Shown one piece after another: positions 34,740 through 45,721 of a DNA stretch of 64,000 nt (position 1 is the stretch's first letter; every line of letters begins with the position of its first letter). The notes under the pieces are model-generated. The model did no database searches. It was not told the origin of the DNA and saw only the letters and a list, made by a program, of their open reading frames with translations. The DNA is from Thecamonas trahens ATCC 50062 (lineage: Eukaryota; Protista; Apusomonadida): the NCBI RefSeq assembly GCF_000142905.1, contig NW_013657610.1, forward strand, positions 30,627 to 94,626, written 5' to 3'. The position numbers were made by a program, and so were the translations under genes.

Positions 34740-36362
34740 ATGGCTACACGATTGTACCGGGTACTACTTCCTTGGGTGGACGAGAAACAAGGAAGTGTGG
34801 TCTGGGCTGCAGAGGAGGTTGTCTCGCGTGTCGGCGTATGTGCGGCAATTTTTCTGTTTGTTACCCTCACCCTCCTCATCACCATCACAAACATGTCCTC
34901 GTCAAAGTGGCTGGCTCTTGCACTCCCCGCTCTAGCTGCATTTTATATCATTCGTGGCCTACATTGTTCTGCTTCGTCAGATGCTCGTCTCCTCGCTGCT
35001 TTCTGCATCGTCATCGAGCTCATCATGTTCATCGTCCTTGCCACAGCATGGTCTCACAAGGTCAATGGCCTTGCTCCAGAGGGCCCCATGATCATCATGT
35101 CTGTCATCTGGCTTGGATCTTCTGCAGTTGCTCTCATTGTAGAGGCTCTCGATCTGATGGCAAGCACATCATCGACTCTCATCCCCTTTGCTCATTCCAA
35201 ACTCCTCGCTGCCCGTCGCCACGTGCGCTCGCTCCTGAGCTTGGATCAAGGCCAGCCGCCGGCTGAGGTCTACTTTGTGCCGGTGCTCATGATCATCTCC
35301 GCGCTTCTTACCGTCTTTACCGTCTCTGTCGTCCTCACCCTCTCGTGGATGTTTGTGGACATCATCATCGTCATCCTCAAGGGCTTGGTCCTCGAGTTGG
35401 GCCTCAAGCCGGGCATGTTTGACTCGGTCATCGCCTTTCTCCGCTTTCTCCGGGTCGTGTGGACCATTGTCATGGCTCTTTTCTCTCTCCACGGCGCCTA
35501 TGCCATGACAGCCCAGTGCAAGCTCGATCAGAAGCGGATGGCACAGACCGGCGTCTTACCGGCTGAGGTCGAGATCGTGCCCTGGAAGCACCGGGTCACC
35601 ACCTCGCCGCTCGCCGCCGCCATCATGCCGTCCGTCACTATGCTCTCGGCCGCCGTAAGCACCACTATCCTCTCCGTTGTCGTCATCCTCTCCGGCCTCA
35701 CTGCCGCCCTCTTCTGGGTCTTCACCTCCTGGTTCTCAGACTGGTCCGTCCACTGGCTCATCGCCACCATCATCAGCTACTCCATCACCCGCGGCATCAA
35801 GCGCGCCGAGTACCAGTTCGTCTTCACCGGAGACGGCGAGATCAAGCGCCCAGTTGCGAGCGATCTCCTCTACTACGCCAACCTTGTCGTCTATCTCGGC
35901 ATTGGAGCCCCGCTCTCGCTCTTGCACTTTGTCGTCTTTGTCTTCCTCCACATCATCCAGTACTACCGCCCCGACAAGTCCTCCCAGCCGCGAGGCCTTG
36001 AGCTCACTCCTGTTGATGTCGGCTTTTGCTCTTATGTTGGTATGCTCCTTGCCGATCGCCAGGTGAACAACCCCGTGCTCCGCGTCGCCGTCGACATCTT
36101 CAGCTCGCCGCGCGATGGCCCCGCCTCCTCTCCCGCCCGCAACCGTTGGTTCCTCGCCCTCACTCTCATCAACAACCCAGCGCTCGCCCGCTACCGCCGA
36201 TCGGCGCCAAGAGCAGACTCTGTCGCGGACAACGAAAGTAGTAGCGTCGCAAGCAACAGCTCTACATTTACCACTAGCGACGGCGACGGCGACGACGACA
36301 ACGACAACATCTTCTTAGACTCCGACTCGTTTGATCCCGAGGCGCCGCTCATCCACCTGTAG
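34740..36362 (+). CDS. STRA6/RBP-receptor family multi-pass membrane protein; start uncertain
   Basis: About 9 hydrophobic helices. C-terminal RPDKS..PRGLE...DVGFCSYVGMLLADRQVNNPVL and ARNRWFLALTLINNPALARYRR match STRA6/STRA6L tail motifs (RARWGLAYTLLHNPTL). Confidence 0.8.
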   Translation: MATRLYRVLLPWVDEKQGSVVWAAEEVVSRVGVCAAIFLFVTLTLLITITNMSSSKWLALALPALAAFYIIRGLHCSASSDARLLAAFCIVIELIMFIVLATAWSHKVNGLAPEGPMIIMSVIWLGSSAVALIVEALDLMASTSSTLIPFAHSKLLAARRHVRSLLSLDQGQPPAEVYFVPVLMIISALLTVFTVSVVLTLSWMFVDIIIVILKGLVLELGLKPGMFDSVIAFLRFLRVVWTIVMALFSLHGAYAMTAQCKLDQKRMAQTGVLPAEVEIVPWKHRVTTSPLAAAIMPSVTMLSAAVSTTILSVVVILSGLTAALFWVFTSWFSDWSVHWLIATIISYSITRGIKRAEYQFVFTGDGEIKRPVASDLLYYANLVVYLGIGAPLSLLHFVVFVFLHIIQYYRPDKSSQPRGLELTPVDVGFCSYVGMLLADRQVNNPVLRVAVDIFSSPRDGPASSPARNRWFLALTLINNPALARYRRSAPRADSVADNESSSVASNSSTFTTSDGDGDDDNDNIFLDSDSFDPEAPLIHL

Positions 36363-36448
36363 CCGCACCAGCTTCAAGCTTGTTGTTAGCAAAGACATCT
36401 TACCAGTACTCTGTCCCCACTTTGCGCTGCAAGCACACGAACGCTGCT

Positions 36449-39400
36449 TCACGTAGAGCTGTCAGCAGTGTCGGCAGTGTCGGTGGTGTTGGCATTGTCG
36501 GCGGTGTCGATGGTCAAGGTGTACGGTGTCGTCGGCGGACCGATGAGAATCGGAGGTCGGCGAGGTGCAAATGCAAGCGCGAGCGGAGTCTTCGGCACTC
36601 GGAACACGAGCGGATACGTCTCACCAGCAAAGCAGAAATTCAGGTCTTCCACCGCGACTGCATCTCTTACTCGCTTCGGCCGCTTGATCTTACCGAGGTA
36701 GCGGAACACACCCGCGTCAAGCTGCCAAAGTCGCACATTGTCACTCCAGCTCGTTGTCGCTGTGGCGACCGTAAACGGTGTAAACTTAAGAAACCAGATT
36801 GCGCGCACAGACGCGCTGTGTCCCGACGAGGAGCCTGTCAGCACAGTCACAGGAGGATTGTAGCGCTTCGGGTCGCCTGGAGAGACATCTGGCGCATGCC
36901 ATACCCGTATGGTCCCATCCATCGCCCACGACACAAGTATTGGGAGCGTGTGGTCCGCGCTGGTAAGGTGCGCCACTGCGACCACACCACACACTTGGCC
37001 CGTGTGGCCGCGCAGCTTCTCACAGCTGCCATCGTCATGTATGACCACAATCGAATGGTCTGACAGCCAGGTCACGGCCAGCTGTGGTGACAACACCGCA
37101 GCGCCGATCACAGCTGCGCTGTTCAGCACGTCGACCGGTACGGCACCGCAAGTCTCCGCTACTTCAGAAGACGTTGACAGGAGCTGTAGCGGCTGACCGC
37201 GACCCGCCCACAACCACAGCTGGTCATGTTCTGTTGCCACCGCGAGTCGGGCGGCTTCGGCGTACACCACGCGCTCCTCGTCATCGTCACCCACACCGAT
37301 CTCGATCACCGTGCCGTTCTTGCGCCACACCAGGACACGGTCGTCATTGCTCCGAGTAGAAAACACTGCCTTGATCCCCTCCTTCACGTCTAGAGCGCCC
37401 ATCACACGGTAAAAGCTTCCGGACATGCGCCACACCTGGACACAGCTCTCGGTCCATGTGGCCAGAACAGGCGAGCTGTCAGAATTCTCGAGTTCGGTCG
37501 ACAGGACCACCAGCCCCGCCACAGCATGACCACCGGCAAGGATTCCACAGCACTCGCCCTCGTACCGCTCGCCGTTCCAGCGCCACATCCAAACCACAGG
37601 CACCTGTGCCCACTCGCCGGCGCGCGACCATGACAATAGCGCCGGGAGACCATCGGCACCAGCAGTCTCGATGACAATCACATCTTCCACGGCCATCGGA
37701 TGGCCACCCAGCACCGTGCTGTGGTAGAACGGTGGCTCATCCGTCGGCGTCCACACCCTCAATGTGCCGTCGGCAGACCACGACACAAAACTGTCGTTCC
37801 GCAGCAAGCTGATGCCGCGCACAGCCTCTGCGTGTCCATCGAGTACCGCCAGACGCTTGCCCGCCACAACGTCCAGTACATCAACGGTGGCACCGCAGCC
37901 CACAGCCACACGGCTGCCACTCAGCGCCGTACACACCGGGCCGGCGTTGGCCCCAGAAAAACGTACCGCTGCGCGCCACGATGTGAGCTTGGGTCCATGG
38001 CGTAGATGGGCACATATGTGAGATGAGACAGACTCGCACGCGCTGCCGCTTCCAGCGCAGCAAGTTCGGACGTCACACCTTTGTATGCCAACCGCCTGAC
38101 AATGGCCGCACCCAGCGTGCACTCGCCCCGCGCAATCATGTCCTGCGACAGTGCCAGTGCTCGCTCCAGCTCAGCAACGACACTCACCCGCTCAACACGC
38201 AGCTCAGCCACCGCACGGAGGTCTGCAAGCGCGCCGGCCACATCGCCGGCCACCCGCGCACTGAGCCAGTCCCATGACAGAACCACATCAACAGCAGTCT
38301 TGTGCGCTGCCGGAGTGTTGGCCGCCACAAGATGGTAAACACCGTGGACAAATGCCCACCTCTCGCGCTCGCTTGACTCGCCCGATTTGCACATGACGGC
38401 AACTGCTGCTGCGGGGAGGCTGACTCTGGAGGGCAGCCGCAGATGAGAGCAAGGTGCCGCGCGGCCAAGAGAGTAGGCTCGACATCAACTGCTTTGCGCA
38501 GGAACTCGCGATGGAGGTCGTGGAGTTCAACGCCAACGACCAAGCCTTCAGGATTGCGGATAGCAGAGAGCAGCGACGCAGCTTCCAGTGCATCCCACGC
38601 AACCTTGCGCACAGCCTCGGACATTTCCAGCGTTGGCTCAATAATGAGCATGTCAATCGTCGTGTCAGATGGAAAAAGGCCAAGCATGGCGTACACATTC
38701 CGCGCGTAGTCGTCAAGGCGCATCACGGCATGATACATAATGGCAAAGATGTCCTCATAGCGCGAGCCAGCAAACTTGTCCGAGGCGAGCGAGAGCATAG
38801 CATTAAAGTCGCGGTCAGCAGTGTCGAGCTTGTCAACGGTGTCGATCGAGCCACCCAGAACAGCCAATGCGATGGCGTGGTTGTGGCAGAGCTCGGCCAG
38901 TCGGCCAATCCTCTCGTCGTCGGGGCCAATACCGTCGAGTCCGACGTGGCGGGTAAGCACAAGTCGCGCGTCGGCTGGCGAGAGCATGCCGAGTGTCACC
39001 GTTGCAGTAGACGACACCATGTTGGCCGAATTGCGGGTTGTGACCAGGACGGCGTGCGGAGGACGGACAGCCTTCGTGAAAACCTCAGCTTGTCGCGCGG
39101 TCCACACATCATCGAGCACGAGAAGGACACGAGTTCCCGCCGCGGCAAGAACTATTAGTTGATCAGCAAGGCTGCGCTGGAGATCGTCCAGCTCGGCAAA
39201 CTGTGAGACTTTGTAACCGAGACCCTGCTCGAGAAGGTAGCCCAGCTTGCGCGTGAGAGCATCGCTCGAAGTGCGGTCCTCACCCAGCTCGAGCCAAAAT
39301 ACTCGAAACTCGGAGACGATGTCGGGCTGGGTGGCAATGTCGGCAGCCAGGAGTGACTTGCCGATGCCACCGAGACCTTTGAGACCCACGACCGTCACGC

Positions 39401-41428
39401 TCTCTTCCTTCAGCAACGCACAGACGGCAGCGGCACGCTTGGAGCGCAATGGCACGTATGCAGACGGGAGTGGCTTGGGCGGAAGGGTCGACGGCAGAAT
39501 GCGAACCTTTGAGAGCACCTTCAGCGAGCGGACCGCCAGGTCTTCTAACGACGTCTCGACAGAGATCTGACGCAAGTCATACAGTGCCAAGCCATGGTCA
39601 AGAAGCGCATAGGCCGTGATCACGTGATCGACCTTGTCGGTTGGAGTGAGATGTCTGTGGCGCCAGGTCCGGAACTGACGCTCTTGGTCTGGCACTTGGA
39701 AGAACGTGTACATGAGCTTGATGACAGAGTGGAGAGCAGACGTGGAGGCCTTAACTGCTATTTGCAGAGAAGCGTTGGATTGATCGCCTTGGAGCGCGGC
39801 ATGATCAGCCTCGGCAGCAGCGAGGAGGTCGTCGAGGTTGGCCAACTTGTGGGGTGCAGGGAATGATTTGAGCGTAGCAAGCGAAATGTTGCCATGGCCG
39901 GGAAACACCGGGAATACCTTGCAGTGGTTTGCCGGACAAAGTGCGGCCTTGGCCTCGGCCACAGCCCAGCGTGTAACGAGAAAGTACTCAGAGACGATGA
40001 CAACAACGACCCGCGACGCCTTGACAATGTCGGCGCAGTCATCTGGGTATGCACACCGCATGCCGTCAAGTGACTTGGTGTCCACAAAGACCTTGAGGGA
40101 TTGGTTCCGCTTGAGGATGCGATCGCGGAGGTCGATCGCAAGGCCCTTGTCGTACGAGCCATGACAGATGAAGAGGTCATAGGTCTTTGGGGGCACAGCG
40201 GGTGAGGATGACGGCCCGGCTCTGTCATCAGAGTCGGGCGAGAACTCGCTCAGAGTTGACGGGAGAGGCGTTGTAAGTGACGAAGTGGCGGAGTCAATTG
40301 GTGCCGAGAGAAGATCGGGGCGAGCGAGACGAAGAAAAGTAAAAACGTCGGGCGAGAGGTTGGGCGTATCGCGCGCGAGGGCATAGGTGACGTCGTCGGG
40401 GATGACGCGGTAAGAGACAATGAGCTGGACAAACTCGACGTCGTTCAGCAGAATTGCGTGCTGAAGCGCCGACTGATAGACGGAAATACCGGCTTTGGAC
40501 AACAGCCATCGCACAGTCTTGGCGTGGCGGCTGCGGATAGCAACATGCAACGGTGTCAATCCGTCCTTGTCGGCCACATTGACATCGGCTCCGCCTTCGA
40601 TCACCAGCCACTTGACCACCTCCCAGTTCTTGTCCTGAGCAGCAGCATTCAGCGGTGTCCCTCCGTCCTTGTCGGCCACATTGACATCGGCTCCCCCCTC
40701 GGTCACCAGCCACTTGACCACCTCCATGTGGCCGTTCCAAGCAGCAGCATGCAGCGGTGTCCCTCCGTACTTGTCGGCCACATTGACATCGACTCCGCCC
40801 TCGGTCACCAGCCACTTGACCATCTCCCAGTTCTTGTCCTGAGCAGCAGCATTCAGCGGTGTCATTCCGTTCTTGTCGGCCACATTGACATCGGCTCTGC
40901 CCTCGGTCACCAGCCACTTGACCATCTCCCAGCTCTTGTTCTGAGCAGCAGCATACAGCGGTGTCCTTCGGTACTTGTCGGCCACATTGACATCGACTCC
41001 GCCCTCGGTCACCAGCCACTTGACCACCTCCCAGCTCTTCTTCCGAGCAGCAACATACAGCAGTGTCCCTCCGTCCTTGTTGGCCACATTGACATCGGCT
41101 CTGCCCTCGGTCACCAGCCACTTGACCACCTCCATGTGGCCGTCCTGAGCAGCAACATACAGCGGTGTCCCTCCGTCCTTGTCGGCCACATTGACATCGG
41201 CTCCGCCCTCGGCCACCAGCCACTTGACCATCTCCCAGTGCCGTCCTGAGCAGCAACATACAGCGGTGTCCACCCGTCCTTGTCGGCCACATTGACATCG
41301 GCTCCGCACTCGGTCACCAGCCTCTTCACCTCCTCCTGGTCACCTCTCCTCACAGCCGAGCACACCTCCAACACCAGGTCACCCCCAGCAGTCCTCCACA
41401 CCATCCCGTCCCCTGCACCTTCAGCCAT
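36449..41428 (-). CDS. Ankyrin-TIR-NB-ARC(STAND)-helical-WD40 protein, ~1,660 aa, with three apparent single-base frameshifts
   Basis: Four ORFs join by adding one base at ~41240 (GGC[C]AC, as in sister repeats), 38413-38416 and 37951-37961. TIR: YDLFICH..KVFVD..SRVVVVIVSEYFLVTRWAVAE. NB-ARC: GLGGIGKS, LLVLDDVW, VLVTTRN, LHDL. WD40: LDGHAEAV..SWSADGTLRVW, LRGHTGQV..SWAMDGTIRVW, SWSDNVRLW. Confidence 0.88.
40500..41330 (-). repeat. Array of ~8 near-identical 102-bp (34-aa) ankyrin repeats
   Basis: cacttgacc recurs at 40609, 40711, 40813, 40915, 41017, 41119 and 41221. Confidence 0.97.
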
Positions 41429-41916
41429 ATGCCTCCCACACCCACAGCACACAACACACGAGAGAGGTGTACCCCCGTACCCCCTCTTCCCCTTCCCCTC
41501 CTCCCTCTGCCGGCTTCCTTGCCGTCACAGCGACACCGAATGCGTTTTTCGCCAGAGAATCCCCAAAAAATACATATCGCAAACATGCGACAGTGACTCT
41601 GTTCTGCCCGGCTGGAGCCATTACCAGCTACTGACCTGCGCAGTCGGTCTTGCTGGTAGTCGCTGTCATCAGAGGAGGTACATGAATGAGCGATCATGTC
41701 GGTCTACGTGGGTTGGGGAGTGTGTGTGTGCGAGGGGGTGGGGGTGGGTAGCTCGTCGGCGAGGGCGTTGTCCACCGCGTCGTTTACCGCGTTATGCGCT
41801 ATGTGGCGATGTTGCTCGTCCCCCTCCCTCCCCAAGCACTCCAACGTTGTCGAGATCATGACCACAATCCTCCTTCTTCCCTGTGGCTGCTGTTCACTGT
41901 TCAATCCACCTCGTCT

Positions 41917-43034
41917 TCATCCGCCCTCCTCAGAGTCATCGTCCGAGTCCACCTCGTCCACTTCCTCGACAACGACTTTGGTGACGTCGACAACTGCGTC
42001 GACCTCCTCCTTGCCCTTGGCTTTTGCTTGCCACTCGGCTGGGTCAAGCACCACCTCGAGCGGTGGCGGTGCTTCGGCCTCAGCCTCAGCCTCAGCCTCG
42101 GCCTCAGCAGCCGGTCCTGCCGCCGCATCTGGCTTGGCGGCCTCGGCTTCGCCGGCCTTGAGCGTCTCCATCAGCGCCTTGCTCTCCTCGGCCTCGGTCA
42201 CAAACGTCTGGTACGCCGAGTACTCTGTCGAGTCGAGGGCGGCAAGCTCTGCCGCCCGGACGGCATTCTCGTGCTCCTCGGCGTCGATGCCAGCTTCTGC
42301 GAGCGCCTCTGCCCTCAGCTGCTCCATGGCCTCGAACCGGCGCTGCGCCTCGGCTTGCTTGGCTGTAGCAACCTCTGCCCGGGCTGCCTCCTCGGCCTCC
42401 TTCCCACCGGCGGCAAAGGCCTCCGCATACTTGCGTTCATCGGGAAAGACTGGGCGGTCGTCGAGGTACTTGAGGTTCGGTAGGGCGGCGATGACGGTCT
42501 TGCGGTAGCGCGGAATTGCGCGGACCACCGGGTTGCCGACCAGGACGAGAACGCCGAGGTTCGGCAGAGCGCGAAAGACGTCAAGCACGGCAGGATCCTC
42601 CAACGAGTTGTGCGAGAGGTCGATGATGCCAAGCGAGGCAACACTCGCCAGCGCAGCCACATCCTCCACACTCGCCAGCCTGTTGTGTGTCATGTTGAGC
42701 GTGTGCAGCGAAGAGCACGACTCGAGTCCCTGGACCGACTCGATAAAGTTGTGCGACAAGTTGAGGGTGTCCAAGTTGACGAGAGCATTCAAGCCCGACA
42801 TGACGGAGATGCAGTTCTGCTGAAGATAGAGACACCTCAACTGAGTCATACCACTCAAGCCCGAGATCCTTGAGATGCCATTGCCCTCGAGCCACAATGC
42901 CTTGACACCGGTATACTCATCCAAGTTCTGATCCTTGTAAAGCCCTTGAAATGAAGATAGAGCTTATCATTGAGATGCGGAGTCACATACCCTCCATTCT
43001 CTCTACAGATAGCCACAATGGTCTTCTTGTCCAT
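41917..43034 (-). CDS. DNAAF1: Dynein axonemal assembly factor 1 (LRRC50/ODA7); one apparent frameshift at ~42930
   Basis: Upstream frame MDKKTIVAICRENGGYVTPHLNDKLYLHFKGFTRI joins (ATC[C]AG) to QNLDEYTGVKALWLEGNGI. LRRs follow, then the LRR cap GNPVVRAIPRYRKTVI..LKYLDDRPVF..ER..AEAF..GG.EAE. Confidence 0.93.
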
Positions 43035-43078
43035 CCTCCTCCGGCCGTCTCCATCACCACCACCACCATCACCCCATC

Positions 43079-43114
<36 letters not shown>

Positions 43115-43955
43115 GCCCGTCCCTCTCCCCATGGAGTTCGATCTACATCCGACCGACTTCCTCCTCCTTCAGAACAATCCCCTCCACTCGTTGCCATACT
43201 TCCCCGTCTGCCTTCCCCTCTCCCTGACAATGACGACGATGATGATGTTGTTGACGATGACGATGACGAGCCACTGCCTTGGTCCTGGTCAAAGAGCGAC
43301 GGACCGGTGGTGGTGCTGGTGATGGGAATGGACGACGACATGAGTACGTGTATGTATGCGCGCGTCTATGCCTATGTGTATATATCCTGATGTTCGTTCT
43401 CGTGCTTGTCCTCGTGTTGGGGCTAAGGGAGGTGTTGGCGACGTCGTCGTCGTCCTCCTCGTCCTCCTCCTCCTCCTCGCCATGTCGCATTGAGGTCGCT
43501 CTCTGTCTCACTTTGCCATCATGCTGTTTTCGCGCCAACTTTGGTTGAGAGTGGTGATGATGGGGGGTGGGGGGTGTCAGTAAATTTTTTATGAGCTGGT
43601 GTAAGGCTACAGCAGGTTGGTGGTGTAGTCGGTCCCTCTCACGTCGTCCAATCTCCACATGCGAACGTCCATCTCTGGTGACATGCCAACCATGACAACA
43701 TCGCGGTCGCGCGATGCTATCGACGCCCTGCTGGAGACCGAGTCGAACCGGTCGACAACATCATCGGCCCGGCGGCGCCGGCGGCGCAAGCAGAAGAGCA
43801 CGCAGCGAATGCACTCGTTTGCAGTGTTGCGACGATATTCGATGGGGGGGGGGGGGGCACGATCAAGCTCGGTACGCTTAGTCATCTCTGCTTTTGCCTA
43901 GAGACTGTGTATCTGCTGGTTTTCTGGTGGAGACAGCGCCCATGAGCTGGGTCGC

Positions 43956-45361
43956 CTACTTGCTGAGAACGGCCACGCCCGGGAGCTCGATGCCCTGCAG
44001 CAGCTCGAGGGTGGCGCCTCCGCCTGTGGAGACATGCGAGAAGGCGCTGGTGAGGTTCTGCTCAGCGACGGCAGCGACCGAGTCGCCGCCGCCGACAACA
44101 GTCACCACCGATGGGTCATCCGAGCGGAGGTCGGCGAGGAGGCGAGCGAGGCCGGCGGTGCCTGTGGCAAACGGTGGTGACTCGAAGAGGCCCATGGGCC
44201 CGTTCCAGAGCACTGCCTGCGAGCCCTTGAGGGCAGCGGCAAAGAGGTCAAGCGAGGCCGGGCCGATGTCAAGGCCCATGGCTCCATCCGGGATGCCGGC
44301 ACCCGGCGCGAGGTCGACAACGTCGCCCACGGTGGCAGCCGAGATCGACTCAGCGATGGCGGCGTCGCAGGGGAGGACGAGCGAAACGCCGGCAGCGGCG
44401 GCGTCGTCGACGAGCGATGCGGCGTCGGCAAGGAGCTCGCGCTCCACGAGCGAGTTGCCCACCGGCACGCCTTGCGCGGCGAGCAGGGTGTACGCCATGC
44501 CGCCGCCGACGATGAGGGTGTCGACCCGCGGGAGGAGCGCCCGGATGAGTGGGAGCTTGGACGAGACCTTGGCCCCACCGAGAATGGCGGTAAATGGCTT
44601 GGGCGGCTTGTCGACTAGCGGGAGCAGCGCGGCAAGCTCGTCCTCCATGCACAGACCGGCGACGGCGTGGCGGGCGGCGGCAGCAGCGCCGACCGTCGAG
44701 CCGTGGGCGCGATGCGCGGCGCCAAAGGCATCACCGACGTACAGGTCAGCGCCATGTGCTAGAGCAGCAGCAAAAGCCGGCTCGTTGACCGTCTCACCAG
44801 GATGCAGGCGTGTGTTCTCCAGCACCACGATCTCGCCCGGCCCGAGTCGATCCCGGGCGGTGGCCGCCTCTGCCGAGACGCACGACGAGGCGTTTGCAAA
44901 CGAGACCTTTGCCTCGCCAGCGAGCAACGATGCGAGCTCTGCAGCGACAGGTTCCATCGAGAAGGCAAGGTTATCCTTTGCCAGGCCGAGCACATCATGG
45001 TCGTGGTGATCATGTCCCTGCAAAGTGTGGTTTTCTGTGGTTTCCCCCGAAGATGCAAAACCGGCGGCCAAATCGGCCAGCGACCACTCGCCATGGCTCC
45101 CTTCCGCCGATGGCAGAGAGTGCATGGCAGACGGACGACCAAGATGTGAGACAAGAGTGATCCGTGCCTGTGCCTCGGTCAGTAGGCGGAGGGTGGGCAG
45201 GGCGGCAAGGAGACGGGTCGGATCTGAGATGGTGGGCATGTCGGTGGTGGTGGTGGTGGTGGTGGTGGTGGTCATGGGCGTGTTGAGGTCGGCACGGACA
45301 AGGACAGATGCCCCGTAGAGTGTGCCGCGGGGATGCTGCGGAGGGTGGCGAGACGGTGCAT
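43956..45361 (-). CDS. PGK: Phosphoglycerate kinase with insertions; one apparent frameshift at 45329-45332
   Basis: VRADLNTP, SHLGRP, LENTRLH, DAFGAAHRAH, LGGAKV, GGGMAYT, DIGP, WNGPMG.FE, GGGDS, HVSTGGGA. ATG 45361 (MHRLATLRSIP) joins the main frame by adding one C. Confidence 0.95.
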
Positions 45362-45364
45362 GGT

Positions 45365-45650
45365 GGGGGGTATGGGTGTGTGTGGGGTGTGGGGTTGGGT
45401 GGGGTTGAGTGTGTGTGTGTTTGTGGTGGTGGTGGTGGTGGTGGTGGTGGTGGTGGTCATTGTAATGGTGATGGTGATGGTCATTGTGATGGTGATGGTG
45501 ATGGTGATGGTCATTGTGATGGTCATTGTGATGGTGATGGTGATGGTGATGGCCATTGTGATGGTGATGGTGATGGTCATTGTGATGGTGATGGTGATGG
45601 TCATTGTGATGGTGATGGTCATTGTGATGGTCATTGTGGTGGTGATCATA
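45365..45650. repeat. Intergenic G/T-rich microsatellites: (TG)n, (GGT)n, (GATGGT/CATTGT)n
   Basis: Seen directly between the macrodomain stop and the PGK start. Confidence 0.93.
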
Positions 45651-45721
45651 GTCGCGGTCATACACGTGATCCTGGTCGCAGCTGTAGCCGCCCTGTGTCC
45701 GCTGCCCTGGTCGTGCACCAC

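Noticed and set aside
36449-41428. Calling the STAND gene a pseudogene
   Set aside because: No in-frame stops after repair, all motifs intact, and the indels match those in essential genes. Not fully excluded.
43143-43901. Small ORFs between DNAAF1 and PGK, and at 53900-54600
   Set aside because: Short, low-complexity, no motifs or clear codon bias.
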